Virus record (IMG/VR): IMGVR_UViG_3300047547_000066
Coordinates: 1 to 58,846 of that record
DNA length: 58,846 bases
Strand: one strand, 5' to 3'
Source of the DNA: a virus
Lineage: Duplodnaviria > Caudoviricetes
The notes beneath the pieces were generated by a model that worked only from the letters and a program-made list of their open reading frames with translations, searched no databases and was not told where the DNA came from. This document shows, one piece after another, positions 1 through 8,185 of the stretch (its first letter is position 1; each line of letters starts with the position of its first letter). Position numbers and translations under genes: made by a program.

Positions 1-84
1 TGCTAGTACCTTGCTATTACATAACGTTAAACTACGTGCAAAACGTGTTTAAAGTACCTTCCTGACACATTGTTAAACCGATAT

Positions 85-109
85 AAAAAAGGCGAGAATG
101 AATCTCGCC
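85..109 (-). terminator. Rho-independent terminator candidate
   Basis: GGCGAGA-loop-TCTCGCC hairpin followed by a T-run on the minus strand, downstream of ORF 145..549. Confidence 0.6.
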
Positions 110-144
110 AAGGGGTGGTGGCACAACACCAATAAAACTATACG

Positions 145-549
145 TTATGCAAGCGCACGAATGCGGTCAGCAATCTCATCTGCACTCAGAGCTTCAAGTT
201 CCTGATCCTGTTTGCGAGACAGAATAGAAATCAACTTTTCACGTTCAGCCGATTTATTGGCCTTGTCACGAGCATCCTGATTCTCTTGTTTCTTGATGGC
301 GATAACAGTCTTGACAATCTCCAACATCAGTTCAAATTTTTGTTTGGCTGGATTGGTACCAACATCAACAAAACTTTCTTCCGTAATGCTTTTCAGAACA
401 CCATTAACAGTCTTGGCAATCGTATCCAAGTCAAATTGATTTTTAGATTGCAGAGGAAGATCAAACAGTTGTTCAACCGTCAACTCTCCACGAACGGATT
501 CAAAACGCAATTTCTGTTTTGCTGCCTCGAAGAAGATAGAAGTATTCAT
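145..549 (-). CDS. Conserved phage hypothetical protein (helical/coiled-coil)
   Basis: 134-aa ORF with SD-like sequence, co-oriented directly after the 664-aa gene. Confidence 0.75.
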   Translation of the reverse strand: MNTSIFFEAAKQKLRFESVRGELTVEQLFDLPLQSKNQFDLDTIAKTVNGVLKSITEESFVDVGTNPAKQKFELMLEIVKTVIAIKKQENQDARDKANKSAEREKLISILSRKQDQELEALSADEIADRIRALA

Positions 550-566
550 GATAAATTTCCTTTCGG

Positions 567-2561
567 TTAAAAAACGATATTATACAACATTGTTGCTTTT
601 CCTACAAGCACTTTTGCAACAATATTTTCACTATTTGTTGATGAGAAACCAATTCCGCTTAGTTGTTCATCTACACTCTGACACTTGGTCTTATCACCAA
701 GAATCTCAAACACCTTTCGATGTTTTTCCAGAGAAGGGTTCAAGAACTCATTGTAGATTCCCCGAGTTGAGTCTGGATTCTTGCAGCCTTCCAACATAAA
801 GAACCAATGCTTGTTCCCAACTGCATTGTCATCCCAATAGTTGGGCGAATACATCATTGTATTGACTCGAACAAATTCCTCTGTCTTCAGTCCCCATACG
901 TCCTGAGAAATAGAAGTTGACTTGATCCCATCAACAATATCAATTTCAGTGATTTTCTTACCCTTGACCTTGATGGTGCATACCTGAACTTGTCCTGAAA
1001 CAGACCTGTCATATGATAGATTAGTCAATGTACCTTGGTTTTCAACCTCAATCATGAAGCCAACATTGGATGATTCGCGTTTTGAGAACTGGTTAACATA
1101 TACTTGGTACTTCCCATCTAGTAGATTAGAAGAAATCCATGAAACGTTTTCAACTGGTTCACGAGTCTTACCATAACCAGCATTCATGTCAACATCAAGA
1201 CATCCAAATTTGTTGGCATAGTAGATATGATTTCCTTTTGGGTCTTTGATATGGATATCCAGATCGTCATGATTGAACCATGCCAGAGAAACTCGCATAG
1301 CAGCATTGGTGACATTACCACCAGCTTTCTTGACTTTTTCCTTGATAGAATCGGTAATGTTACCATTGTATGACCATGCAAAATCATTGTCCCACTTGAA
1401 TAGGGATTTAGAATCTGTATGCACAGGAGCAGTCAGACTCATTAGATTCTTCTGTTGTGAACCAGACAACAATAGTTCAATGGATGTTGCTTTCGGGAGA
1501 ATATCAGACATGAAAGAATCAATACTGATATCTTTTGTTTTCTTTGGGTCAACATCAACCTTTTTGGTTGCTGCATCAATCAGAATAGATTCAACACCAT
1601 CGCGCATCTTTCCCTTCACTGAGTTATCAACCCAGAGAACGTTGTTGACTGATACATCGGAAATCTTAGCAAATCGACGCTCAAGAGCACTTTCCAGACC
1701 AAGTTCAGTGATAGTCTTCATTGCATCCTGAACCATTCGAGGCGTAATGAGTGCAGTTGGTCGTTTATAGTTGGTTGGAGCAACTTTTGCTTCAAAAGAA
1801 CGCACTGACTTTTCCAGTTCAACACCTTCGGAGATATCCTGAATGAGAGTACCAATGACAGTGTTGCGGAAACGAGCACCAGTAGAGAATGCATTCCCTG
1901 AAATGAAGATGGAACGTTCCATATCAGTTTTCAGAGAATTGTATTTCTTCAGTAGGACATTGAATGAGTTGATTGCTGGCAGATGTTCCTCTCCACGATA
2001 CAGAGACTTGGATTGAATCAGATCAATCACATCATCAATGGCACCAACAGAGAGTTCTTTCAGGCCACGAGAAAACACCTGAATCGCAGAGTTGTAATCA
2101 CCAATAACAGTACCAACAGATTTGGTGTAATGTTTGGCATCAACAATGCCATAGAAATGGTTCCAATTGATTACGGTGGTACCAACCAATTGAGAAGTTT
2201 TCTGAGAACCATATTGCTTTTCAGACACTCGGAAAAGTGAAGTGATCGGTGTCGATACAACCAGATCATTGAGTTCTTTGGCAACGATGTTGAATGGGTA
2301 TTCCAGATCAGCGATATCCCAGATGGAATGAAGTTTACCATCAACAATGGCTACAACAGGACCAATATTGCGAATGAAATTCTTGCAGCAAGAACAATCG
2401 TATTCTGTACGAGTCTTATAGATATTGTTGGTGCCTTCTGGGAATGATTTGAGATATGTATCCCATAGAGCATCACCCGATACAGTAACAAACAATTCCC
2501 CCTTGGAGAGTTGCATGAAACGTTCGTTTACTTTTTTGGCAAATGGTGCAAAGTCAGTCAT
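567..2561 (-). CDS. Large phage protein with C-terminal YfaP/DUF2135-like domain
   Basis: 664-aa ORF; motif VSLAWFNHDDLDIHIKDPKGNHIYY...LDVDMNAG...PVENV resembles YfaP/DUF2135; N-terminal CSCC. Confidence 0.6.
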   Translation of the reverse strand: MTDFAPFAKKVNERFMQLSKGELFVTVSGDALWDTYLKSFPEGTNNIYKTRTEYDCSCCKNFIRNIGPVVAIVDGKLHSIWDIADLEYPFNIVAKELNDLVVSTPITSLFRVSEKQYGSQKTSQLVGTTVINWNHFYGIVDAKHYTKSVGTVIGDYNSAIQVFSRGLKELSVGAIDDVIDLIQSKSLYRGEEHLPAINSFNVLLKKYNSLKTDMERSIFISGNAFSTGARFRNTVIGTLIQDISEGVELEKSVRSFEAKVAPTNYKRPTALITPRMVQDAMKTITELGLESALERRFAKISDVSVNNVLWVDNSVKGKMRDGVESILIDAATKKVDVDPKKTKDISIDSFMSDILPKATSIELLLSGSQQKNLMSLTAPVHTDSKSLFKWDNDFAWSYNGNITDSIKEKVKKAGGNVTNAAMRVSLAWFNHDDLDIHIKDPKGNHIYYANKFGCLDVDMNAGYGKTREPVENVSWISSNLLDGKYQVYVNQFSKRESSNVGFMIEVENQGTLTNLSYDRSVSGQVQVCTIKVKGKKITEIDIVDGIKSTSISQDVWGLKTEEFVRVNTMMYSPNYWDDNAVGNKHWFFMLEGCKNPDSTRGIYNEFLNPSLEKHRKVFEILGDKTKCQSVDEQLSGIGFSSTNSENIVAKVLVGKATMLYNIVF

Positions 2562-2587
2562 GATATAAAATCCTTTAAAGAAACCAC

Positions 2588-2616
2588 ATTGTATATGTTA
2601 TTACATCAGATGTCAA
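2588..2616 (-). promoter_or_regulatory. sigma70-like early promoter
   Basis: TTGACA-17nt-TACAAT upstream of the 664-aa gene. Confidence 0.7.
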
Positions 2617-3436
2617 CAACTTTGTTCAAGTCAAATCCGTCTGATAGTTCATACCCATCATATCCACGAGGGTTGCATACAATCCTTGTCGAACCAATAT
2701 AATAATCATTTGCATGATGTATATGACCATGAGTCCATAGAGCAATTTTTGGATTGTCCAGAATCAATTCACTTAGATCACTTGCATATGCGCCATTCAT
2801 AATGAAATCATCCACATAGACAGGATGAATTGACTTATATGATGGGGCATGATGCGTCACAACGACAACCTTTTCAGCATCAGTATCACGAATAGTATTT
2901 TTGATATACTTTACTGTGTCAACATGGCGACGATATGTTGTGATTGGTGCCAGTTTGGAATATCCCTTAATCTCATCACGAATAACCTTATAGTCATTCA
3001 TCGAATCTCTGATAAGGGATAGAGTGATGGGGTCAGACTTGTTCATATCAGTCCACATAGTACCACCAACGAAAAGAACATCCTTGATTTTTACAGAGCT
3101 TCTTTCAAGGAAATGGATACCAAACTCGGATGTCTCATCTGTAAGGATATCAATCGTCTTTGACCATTTTCCATGATAGTGTTCATGATTCCCAGCAACA
3201 TACACAACATGTTCAAATTCGGATGCAACGTTCTTAAAGAAAGAACGATACATGTATGCACTTTCCTGACGTTTTCCAAGGTTGACTATTGGTGGAGTTT
3301 CTGTATGTGGATGATCGTATAGGTCTGATGCAACACAGATATCACCAGATAGAACTAATACATCCGCACCAGTTGCATTCTTGATTTCAATGCCGCCAAA
3401 TTCTAGATGAAGGTCACTTACAATTTGTATTTTCAT
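2606..3436 (-). CDS. Calcineurin-like metallophosphoesterase
   Basis: SDLH, GDI, GNHE, VTHHAP and HGHIH motifs; start refined to MKIQIVSD. Confidence 0.9.
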   Translation of the reverse strand: MKIQIVSDLHLEFGGIEIKNATGADVLVLSGDICVASDLYDHPHTETPPIVNLGKRQESAYMYRSFFKNVASEFEHVVYVAGNHEHYHGKWSKTIDILTDETSEFGIHFLERSSVKIKDVLFVGGTMWTDMNKSDPITLSLIRDSMNDYKVIRDEIKGYSKLAPITTYRRHVDTVKYIKNTIRDTDAEKVVVVTHHAPSYKSIHPVYVDDFIMNGAYASDLSELILDNPKIALWTHGHIHHANDYYIGSTRIVCNPRGYDGYELSDGFDLNKVVDI

Positions 3437-3441
3437 TTTTT

Positions 3442-3678
3442 TCATGCAATGTTTAGTTGAACACTTAGACCTTCCCAAGTACCAGCGATACCACAAGCAC
3501 ATTGATCTGCAACACCTGTACCACTTTTTGTGAATTCAAGAGCATCAAGTGCCTTTTGTACAGCAGCATTACATTTATAAAAGTCACCAACACCATTTCG
3601 AATACTTTTTGCAGTTGCATAGAAGCATGTAGAGTCAACAATTACGCGAAATTTAGTAGTTTGTTTGAAGCGGTACAT
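3442..3678 (-). CDS. Hypothetical protein
   Basis: Likely start MYRFKQ with SD (AAGGA); the longer upstream extension overlaps a structured RNA-like region. Confidence 0.6.
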   Translation of the reverse strand: MYRFKQTTKFRVIVDSTCFYATAKSIRNGVGDFYKCNAAVQKALDALEFTKSGTGVADQCACGIAGTWEGLSVQLNIA

Positions 3679-3735
3679 AATATTGTTTCCTTGTGTGGTT
3701 ATTGTAACCCACGCTAGAATGAATGTCAATACATT

Positions 3736-3883
3736 CATTGTTAAACATGCTGTCCCAGACTCAACCCTACATCTGGCGTTCTCCCATATGGTCTGAAGCG
3801 TACCACTGGTTGCGGAGACATCTTGTTCCAATCTACCCATCTGCTTCTACGGATAGTGGGATGCAACAGCATGCTTAATAATG
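3736..3883 (-). ncRNA. Putative multi-branch structured RNA
   Basis: Long closing stem (CATTATTAA-GCATGCTGT / ACAGCATG-TTTAACAATG) with three internal hairpins. Confidence 0.5.
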
Positions 3884-3995
3884 ATGACTGGCTGGAGGTG
3901 CCCTACTCCGTGGATAGTTTAACATGTTAGCTAGACATTTTCACTATCGGTTTATTGTTCTACTCCGCCGAGTATACTCAACCCACTACGTTCTT

Positions 3996-4199
3996 TTAAT
4001 CGCCAGTCATCAAACTCTTTATATCAAATATCCATTGATCGACGGTAAGACTAGAAATCTTCCTTACCATTATTGATGTATTGTACATCAACTCTGAATC
4101 TTTACCAACAACATAGAAGTAACCATTCCCTCTGACGAGTTCTAGGTTGATAGAAAGCTCCATCAACCTTTTGTTTACTTGTTTCAGTGTTGTCGCCAT
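3996..4199 (-). CDS. Hypothetical protein
   Basis: 67-aa ORF directly downstream of a sigma70 promoter. Confidence 0.6.
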   Translation of the reverse strand: MATTLKQVNKRLMELSINLELVRGNGYFYVVGKDSELMYNTSIMVRKISSLTVDQWIFDIKSLMTGD

Positions 4200-4206
4200 G
4201 ATTGGT

Positions 4207-4234
4207 ATTATACACTGAGCAGATTATTTGTCAA
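4207..4234 (-). promoter_or_regulatory. sigma70-like early promoter
   Basis: TTGACA-16nt-TATAAT. Confidence 0.65.
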
Positions 4235-4244
4235 CTCTTTTTGA

Positions 4245-4354
4245 TTTGTGTTCCGGAGTTGCACCGGTCTTTCTTCATGCTGTTCCCAGACTATTGCGGA
4301 ATCGAACCGCCTTTCGACATCAACGGCACGTGCTACTGTTACACTAAACACAAA
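4245..4354 (-). ncRNA. tRNA-like RNA with expanded anticodon arm containing a second T-loop hairpin
   Basis: TTTGTGTT/AACACAAA acceptor-like stem, D arm TAGTGTAACAGTAGCAC, T arm CCGG-TGCAACT-CCGG, internal GCGG-TTCGATT-CCGC. Confidence 0.6.
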
Positions 4355-4357
4355 AGC

Positions 4358-4432
4358 TGGCGGGTGAGGTAGGATTCGAACCCACAACTTGTCCTTGGCA
4401 ATGATATGTGTTACCACTAGCACCACACCCGC
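4358..4432 (-). tRNA. Degenerate/pseudo tRNA-Gly (GCC)
   Basis: GCGGGTG/CACCCGC acceptor, D arm, TTGCCAA loop, GTGGG-TTCGAAT-CCTAC T arm; mismatched anticodon stem and 2 extra nt before the acceptor 3' strand. Confidence 0.6.
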
Positions 4433-4459
4433 ATAACTGTATATATCTAGATTCTTTAC

Positions 4460-4606
4460 CATAATTCAGTACACTCCCAGTTGGCTGTCAATTCAACTGT
4501 AGGTATTAGTGTGTTACCCCGAGCATTACCTTGCAAGACTATTCTCGTTCTGGCACACCTGTCGTGGAACCTGAAACCCCGTAAGACAGAAATGTACTGA
4601 ATTATG
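4460..4606 (-). ncRNA. Stem-bracketed RNA unit A
   Basis: Perfect 14-bp inverted repeat CATAATTCAGTACA/TGTACTGAATTATG enclosing several hairpins. Confidence 0.6.
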
Positions 4607-4608
4607 TC

Positions 4609-4737
4609 GACCCATTGTGGTCTAGGATTCGAACCTAGAATCTCTTGCGCTCTACCATTAAGCTACCGGCCTTTACAGACCGGATGGGATTCGAACCCAT
4701 ATCTCTTGCGTCCTCCCGCTTGAACGACTCACGGGTC
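4609..4737 (-). ncRNA. Anticodon-less double tRNA-elbow RNA (D-T-stemloop-D-T)
   Basis: Two D arms and two GGTTCGAATCC T arms, each D joined to T by GCAAGAGAT; central hairpin CCGGTC-TGTAAA-GGCCGG; ends GACCC/GGGTC pair. Confidence 0.75.
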
Positions 4738-4781
4738 ATCGGGTTAATTACTCCCGATTATAGCAACTGATGATCAGTCAA

Positions 4782-4886
4782 TTACCATATTGAAGAACAC
4801 TACGGTCAGCTGCTCCCGTAAGACCTATAGGCAATACTCCTGGGTGTTAACCCCGCAGGTATAGGATTTATTCTTCAATATGGTAA
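4782..4886 (-). ncRNA. Stem-bracketed RNA unit B
   Basis: Perfect 16-bp inverted repeat TTACCATATTGAAGAA/TTCTTCAATATGGTAA. Confidence 0.6.
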
Positions 4887-4971
4887 CTTGCCACTCCACC
4901 TTAGGAAGCCGACCCATTGATACTATCGCCGAGCCAGCGAGGGATCGAACCTCCTGGACTTATTTCATTAC

Positions 4972-5066
4972 CATATTTGAGAACACTCCCTTACCCCGAT
5001 GATGTTATCGTTGGACAGCAAGTATCTCTCCTGCTTTTCTATGATGGATGAGTGTTCTCAAATATG
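4972..5066 (-). ncRNA. Stem-bracketed RNA unit C
   Basis: Perfect 17-bp inverted repeat CATATTTGAGAACACTC/GAGTGTTCTCAAATATG. Confidence 0.6.
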
Positions 5067-5191
5067 CTCACTGTGATAACTCTATTTCATCAAAAAGCAC
5101 AGTGAAACATGTCTCAACTGCATTACCAACTGCCCCATGCTCGGCAAATAAAAGTTGGCTTTCTGTTGATGATTTGATGTTATGATTGCAA

Positions 5192-5267
5192 CCATATTGA
5201 AGTACATTTGGCCGTCACATTGTTAGGGGCTAGTCCAAAGAATACCCGCAAATGTACTTCAATATGG
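5192..5267 (-). ncRNA. Stem-bracketed RNA unit D
   Basis: Perfect 19-bp inverted repeat CCATATTGAAGTACATTTG/CAAATGTACTTCAATATGG. Confidence 0.6.
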
Positions 5268-5332
5268 CACCCAACTCCCTAAAGCTGGGTTCCACAGTCT
5301 TTGAATCTCGGCATAAAATAAATTTATGTTGT

Positions 5333-5478
5333 TCCGGTGAACTTGGACGACGATCCTCATGCTAGAAATCCGTAGGTAACGGCGCAACTCGTTACTCTAT
5401 TTTAACCAACCGCTGTTAGTGCGGTTCACCGAAGTGTGCTGCTGGCTCCATAGGGATATAGAGTAACAAGCATGGCGG
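5333..5478 (-). ncRNA. Putative pseudoknotted RNA at the 5' end of the RNA array
   Basis: Stems CTTGTTACTCTAT/ATAGAGTAACGAG and CATGCT/AGCATG plus a crossing CGGTGAAC/GTTCACCG pairing. Confidence 0.5.
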
Positions 5479-5488
5479 GACAAACTCT

Positions 5489-5515
5489 ATTATACACTAA
5501 AACTTACTATGTCAA
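5489..5515 (-). promoter_or_regulatory. sigma70-like promoter upstream of the RNA array
   Basis: TTGACA-15nt-TATAAT (short spacer). Confidence 0.55.
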
Positions 5516-5662
5516 CTCTTTTTCTATGGTTTGTGAGCTTTCCACTCACTCGCTGGTTTGCCAACACCGTTCAGTTGTCTAACAATTAAGCAGATTTTAC
5601 TGCACTCTTACGAGCAAAGGTTGCCACAGACTATTATACCACACAATCTACAAGTTTCTTTC

Positions 5663-5935
5663 TCACTCATTAAATTTTTTCTTGAACATCTCAATCAACT
5701 TAATAACTTCTGCCTTTGCACCAACCCTCATGGCAACAGACCTAGCACTCTCATTAGGTTCAGTCTGAACGCCATTCAAATTATACCATTCTTTCTTCAA
5801 CAAGTTGATAGATTCTTGAATGAATAATTCTGCAAATAGATTCTTATCAAATTCATAAGAAACCGAATCCCAGTCACGTTCATGGTGCCTTTCTACGGTA
5901 GCCTTTTCGATAAGATTTTTAACCAGATCATTCAT
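5663..5935 (-). CDS. Small early protein, MNER/FAELI paralog family (divergent)
   Basis: MNDLVKNLIEKA...LFAELFIQE. Confidence 0.7.
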   Translation of the reverse strand: MNDLVKNLIEKATVERHHERDWDSVSYEFDKNLFAELFIQESINLLKKEWYNLNGVQTEPNESARSVAMRVGAKAEVIKLIEMFKKKFNE

Positions 5936-6532
5936 TTCGTTTTCAACTCTTTAACCAGTTCGTAGTATCCATTGCTTTCCAGTGCCATTTCATAGCTGCC
6001 ATCCTGACACTTTTTCCAACCATAACACTTTTGTTCAATCTGAGACATCTTTGCCAAGATTTCTTCACGAGTACGTTCAGTTACAGCGTTCATGGTTGGG
6101 TTCCTTGTTGATGGATAGAATTATAACATAAGGTTTAATCTTTTCTACCAACATAGTAACCAAATTTACTAGGAATTTTGTGATATTCTATTTTTCTCAT
6201 GATGTAGCATGCCTCTTTTACCTTTACTGAACCCCAATCAATACATACAACAACGTAAAACAATGGAACAACAAACAAAAATGCAAGTATGTGAAACACA
6301 TTGTCTTTTACATCTTCAATGTTAATTTTTTTAAACATCATGTGGTTCAACGGTCCTTGTCGATTGAGTCAACCTCAGAGATAGCGTAAGAAATATCATC
6401 CCATGCCTCTTTACAGTAAAGCAGAAGCTGAATTGGGTATGATGCAATGATCAGCACCTTCAACAAAAATCCCAGATGATGTTTAATCATCCATAGACAC
6501 CAAGGTCTCATTTTTATTTCCTAAAAATTGTA

Positions 6533-6739
6533 TTACTGATATGTGATAGATATGATTTTAAAATTCTTGTAAAACTTAGACAGAACTTTGGAACAATACT
6601 TCTCTATCTTCGCATGAGCATCCTTGCAATTGCTGTATAGAGTTTCTTCAAGCTGACGGTAGACCCCTTCTTCATTTTCGTACCAGAATTGTACAACGTA
6701 AGATTCGGACATACCATATGGCGACTCAGAAACTTTCAT
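6533..6739 (-). CDS. Hypothetical protein
   Basis: 68-aa ORF in the co-oriented early array. Confidence 0.6.
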   Translation of the reverse strand: MKVSESPYGMSESYVVQFWYENEEGVYRQLEETLYSNCKDAHAKIEKYCSKVLSKFYKNFKIISITYQ

Positions 6740-6893
6740 ACAACCAACACAACTTGCATGTTAGCACTATTAGCATGTTCTTCCAATGATCGATTTACAC
6801 AAAGACCACCATCATAAACCATTGGTTGACCAATCCATGTTAGCCATTCAATGACTTTATTTTCGTCTTTATATGCGAGCGTAAATTGTTGAC

Positions 6894-7169
6894 TCATGAT
6901 TGTTCCTTTGATAGCTCATCTAATTTGTGCCAGATATGAACACCATCTTTACATTGCCAGTTATTTTCTGCTAGATTCTGTTCGTCTGTTATGATCAGTA
7001 AACATGCAGTAATTGCAGCTTCGAATCCTTCTTGGAACGTCTGCCAATGGTCTTCCAGAAGTGGGTTGATGTACTCTCCGCTAGAGTTTCGAGGAAATGT
7101 TAATTCATGTCCAAAAGATGGCGCAGATACCTTTTCAAACAGTTCCCGAACAGTTTTATTTTGTTTCAT
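6894..7169 (-). CDS. Hypothetical protein
   Basis: ORF with likely start MKQNK preceded by AGAGGA. Confidence 0.6.
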   Translation of the reverse strand: MKQNKTVRELFEKVSAPSFGHELTFPRNSSGEYINPLLEDHWQTFQEGFEAAITACLLIITDEQNLAENNWQCKDGVHIWHKLDELSKEQS

Positions 7170-7435
7170 GTTACAAATTCCTCTGGAAAAGACGATATGT
7201 AGAAGAACCATTAGACGGAACGCGATCTACACGATAACCTCTACGAACAAGAGCAGGAACAACACTGCTCCCATCCCGGTGTATTTTCCGACCATAAAAG
7301 TCACGCTATCATATCCATATTTCACTGTATGTTCCAGAGTAGCAATTAAACGTTCAGTATTGGTCATTTCCGAATTCCTTTGCGAGTGCCTGAATTATAC
7401 ATGAATTTTGTAACTTTTTTTAGAGACTCACAAAA

Positions 7436-7765
7436 TTATTTCAATTCATCTGGTACATCAACTACATCACCGAATTTGGATGCAACGTAGCAGCGCATGG
7501 CTGCGATCAGGGGTGTTGGGCCGTAGGAAACCGACGGTTCGTCGTATTCGTCCAAGTTGACCAAGATGCGAGCCGACCAGTACCCTTTGTACGAAGCCTG
7601 CACGCTGATGATCTCCCGCTCAATGATCGGGCCACCTTGTGCCCAGTCGGTGGAGGGGGAATAATTACCCCAATGAATGTCGGAAAGGCTAACGTGCTTA
7701 TCGGCGTAGGAGGCCACAGCCCAATCAAGTGCTGCGCGGGTCAATTCAGAGGATTTTATTTTCAT
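7436..7765 (-). CDS. DUF2591/NinX-like phage protein
   Basis: YSPSTDWAQGGPIIERE and GPTPLIAAMRCYVAS motifs typical of this family. Confidence 0.75.
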   Translation of the reverse strand: MKIKSSELTRAALDWAVASYADKHVSLSDIHWGNYSPSTDWAQGGPIIEREIISVQASYKGYWSARILVNLDEYDEPSVSYGPTPLIAAMRCYVASKFGDVVDVPDELK

Positions 7766-7818
7766 TTCGTTTTCCTTTGTAAGTGACTGAATTATACACA
7801 ATATTCAGACAAACACAA

Positions 7819-8184
7819 TCAAGTAAAGAAAATAATTCCTTTTTTGTCTTTTACATATAGATGTACTTTGTCTGCTGAGTGAATCGGTGTTTTACATCCA
7901 CTCTTAACAAAAGTGTTGTATTTGTAAGGGTTGTATGTCGCTATCTCGCCGGATGGCTCAGAGTAGTCAAGAGTTACCAGATCACCAACAACAAATGCAT
8001 GAACATTCTTTCGTTTCTCTAGAAGAACCCGATTCCTGCCAGCCTGACTTACTTTAAAGGTACAATTGGTTAGTTCAACATAGTCTGAATGGTAGATGTC
8101 CAATCCTTTTAGTTGTCCAGTAAGTGCCTTTACGCTGAAAACCTTCTTGTGGAGGTTGAAGTAGACTGCTACTTTGATAGTCAT
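7819..8184 (-). CDS. Conserved phage hypothetical protein
   Basis: VYFNLHKK...KRKNVHAFVVG...YNPYK. Confidence 0.7.
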   Translation of the reverse strand: MTIKVAVYFNLHKKVFSVKALTGQLKGLDIYHSDYVELTNCTFKVSQAGRNRVLLEKRKNVHAFVVGDLVTLDYSEPSGEIATYNPYKYNTFVKSGCKTPIHSADKVHLYVKDKKGIIFFT

Positions 8185-8185
8185 G

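Noticed and set aside
4208-4462. 84-aa ORF
   Set aside because: Overlaps two tRNA-like structures and a promoter; most likely a spurious reading
4609-4737. Call as a standard YrlA Y RNA or as two functional tRNAs
   Set aside because: No recognisable Ro60-binding stem or Ro60 gene in the window; no anticodon arms or CCA ends
4456-5268. CRISPR array interpretation of the repeated ACCATATTGAAG motif
   Set aside because: The repeats are inverted pairs with irregular spacing and divergent sequence, not direct repeats with uniform spacers; no cas genes in the window
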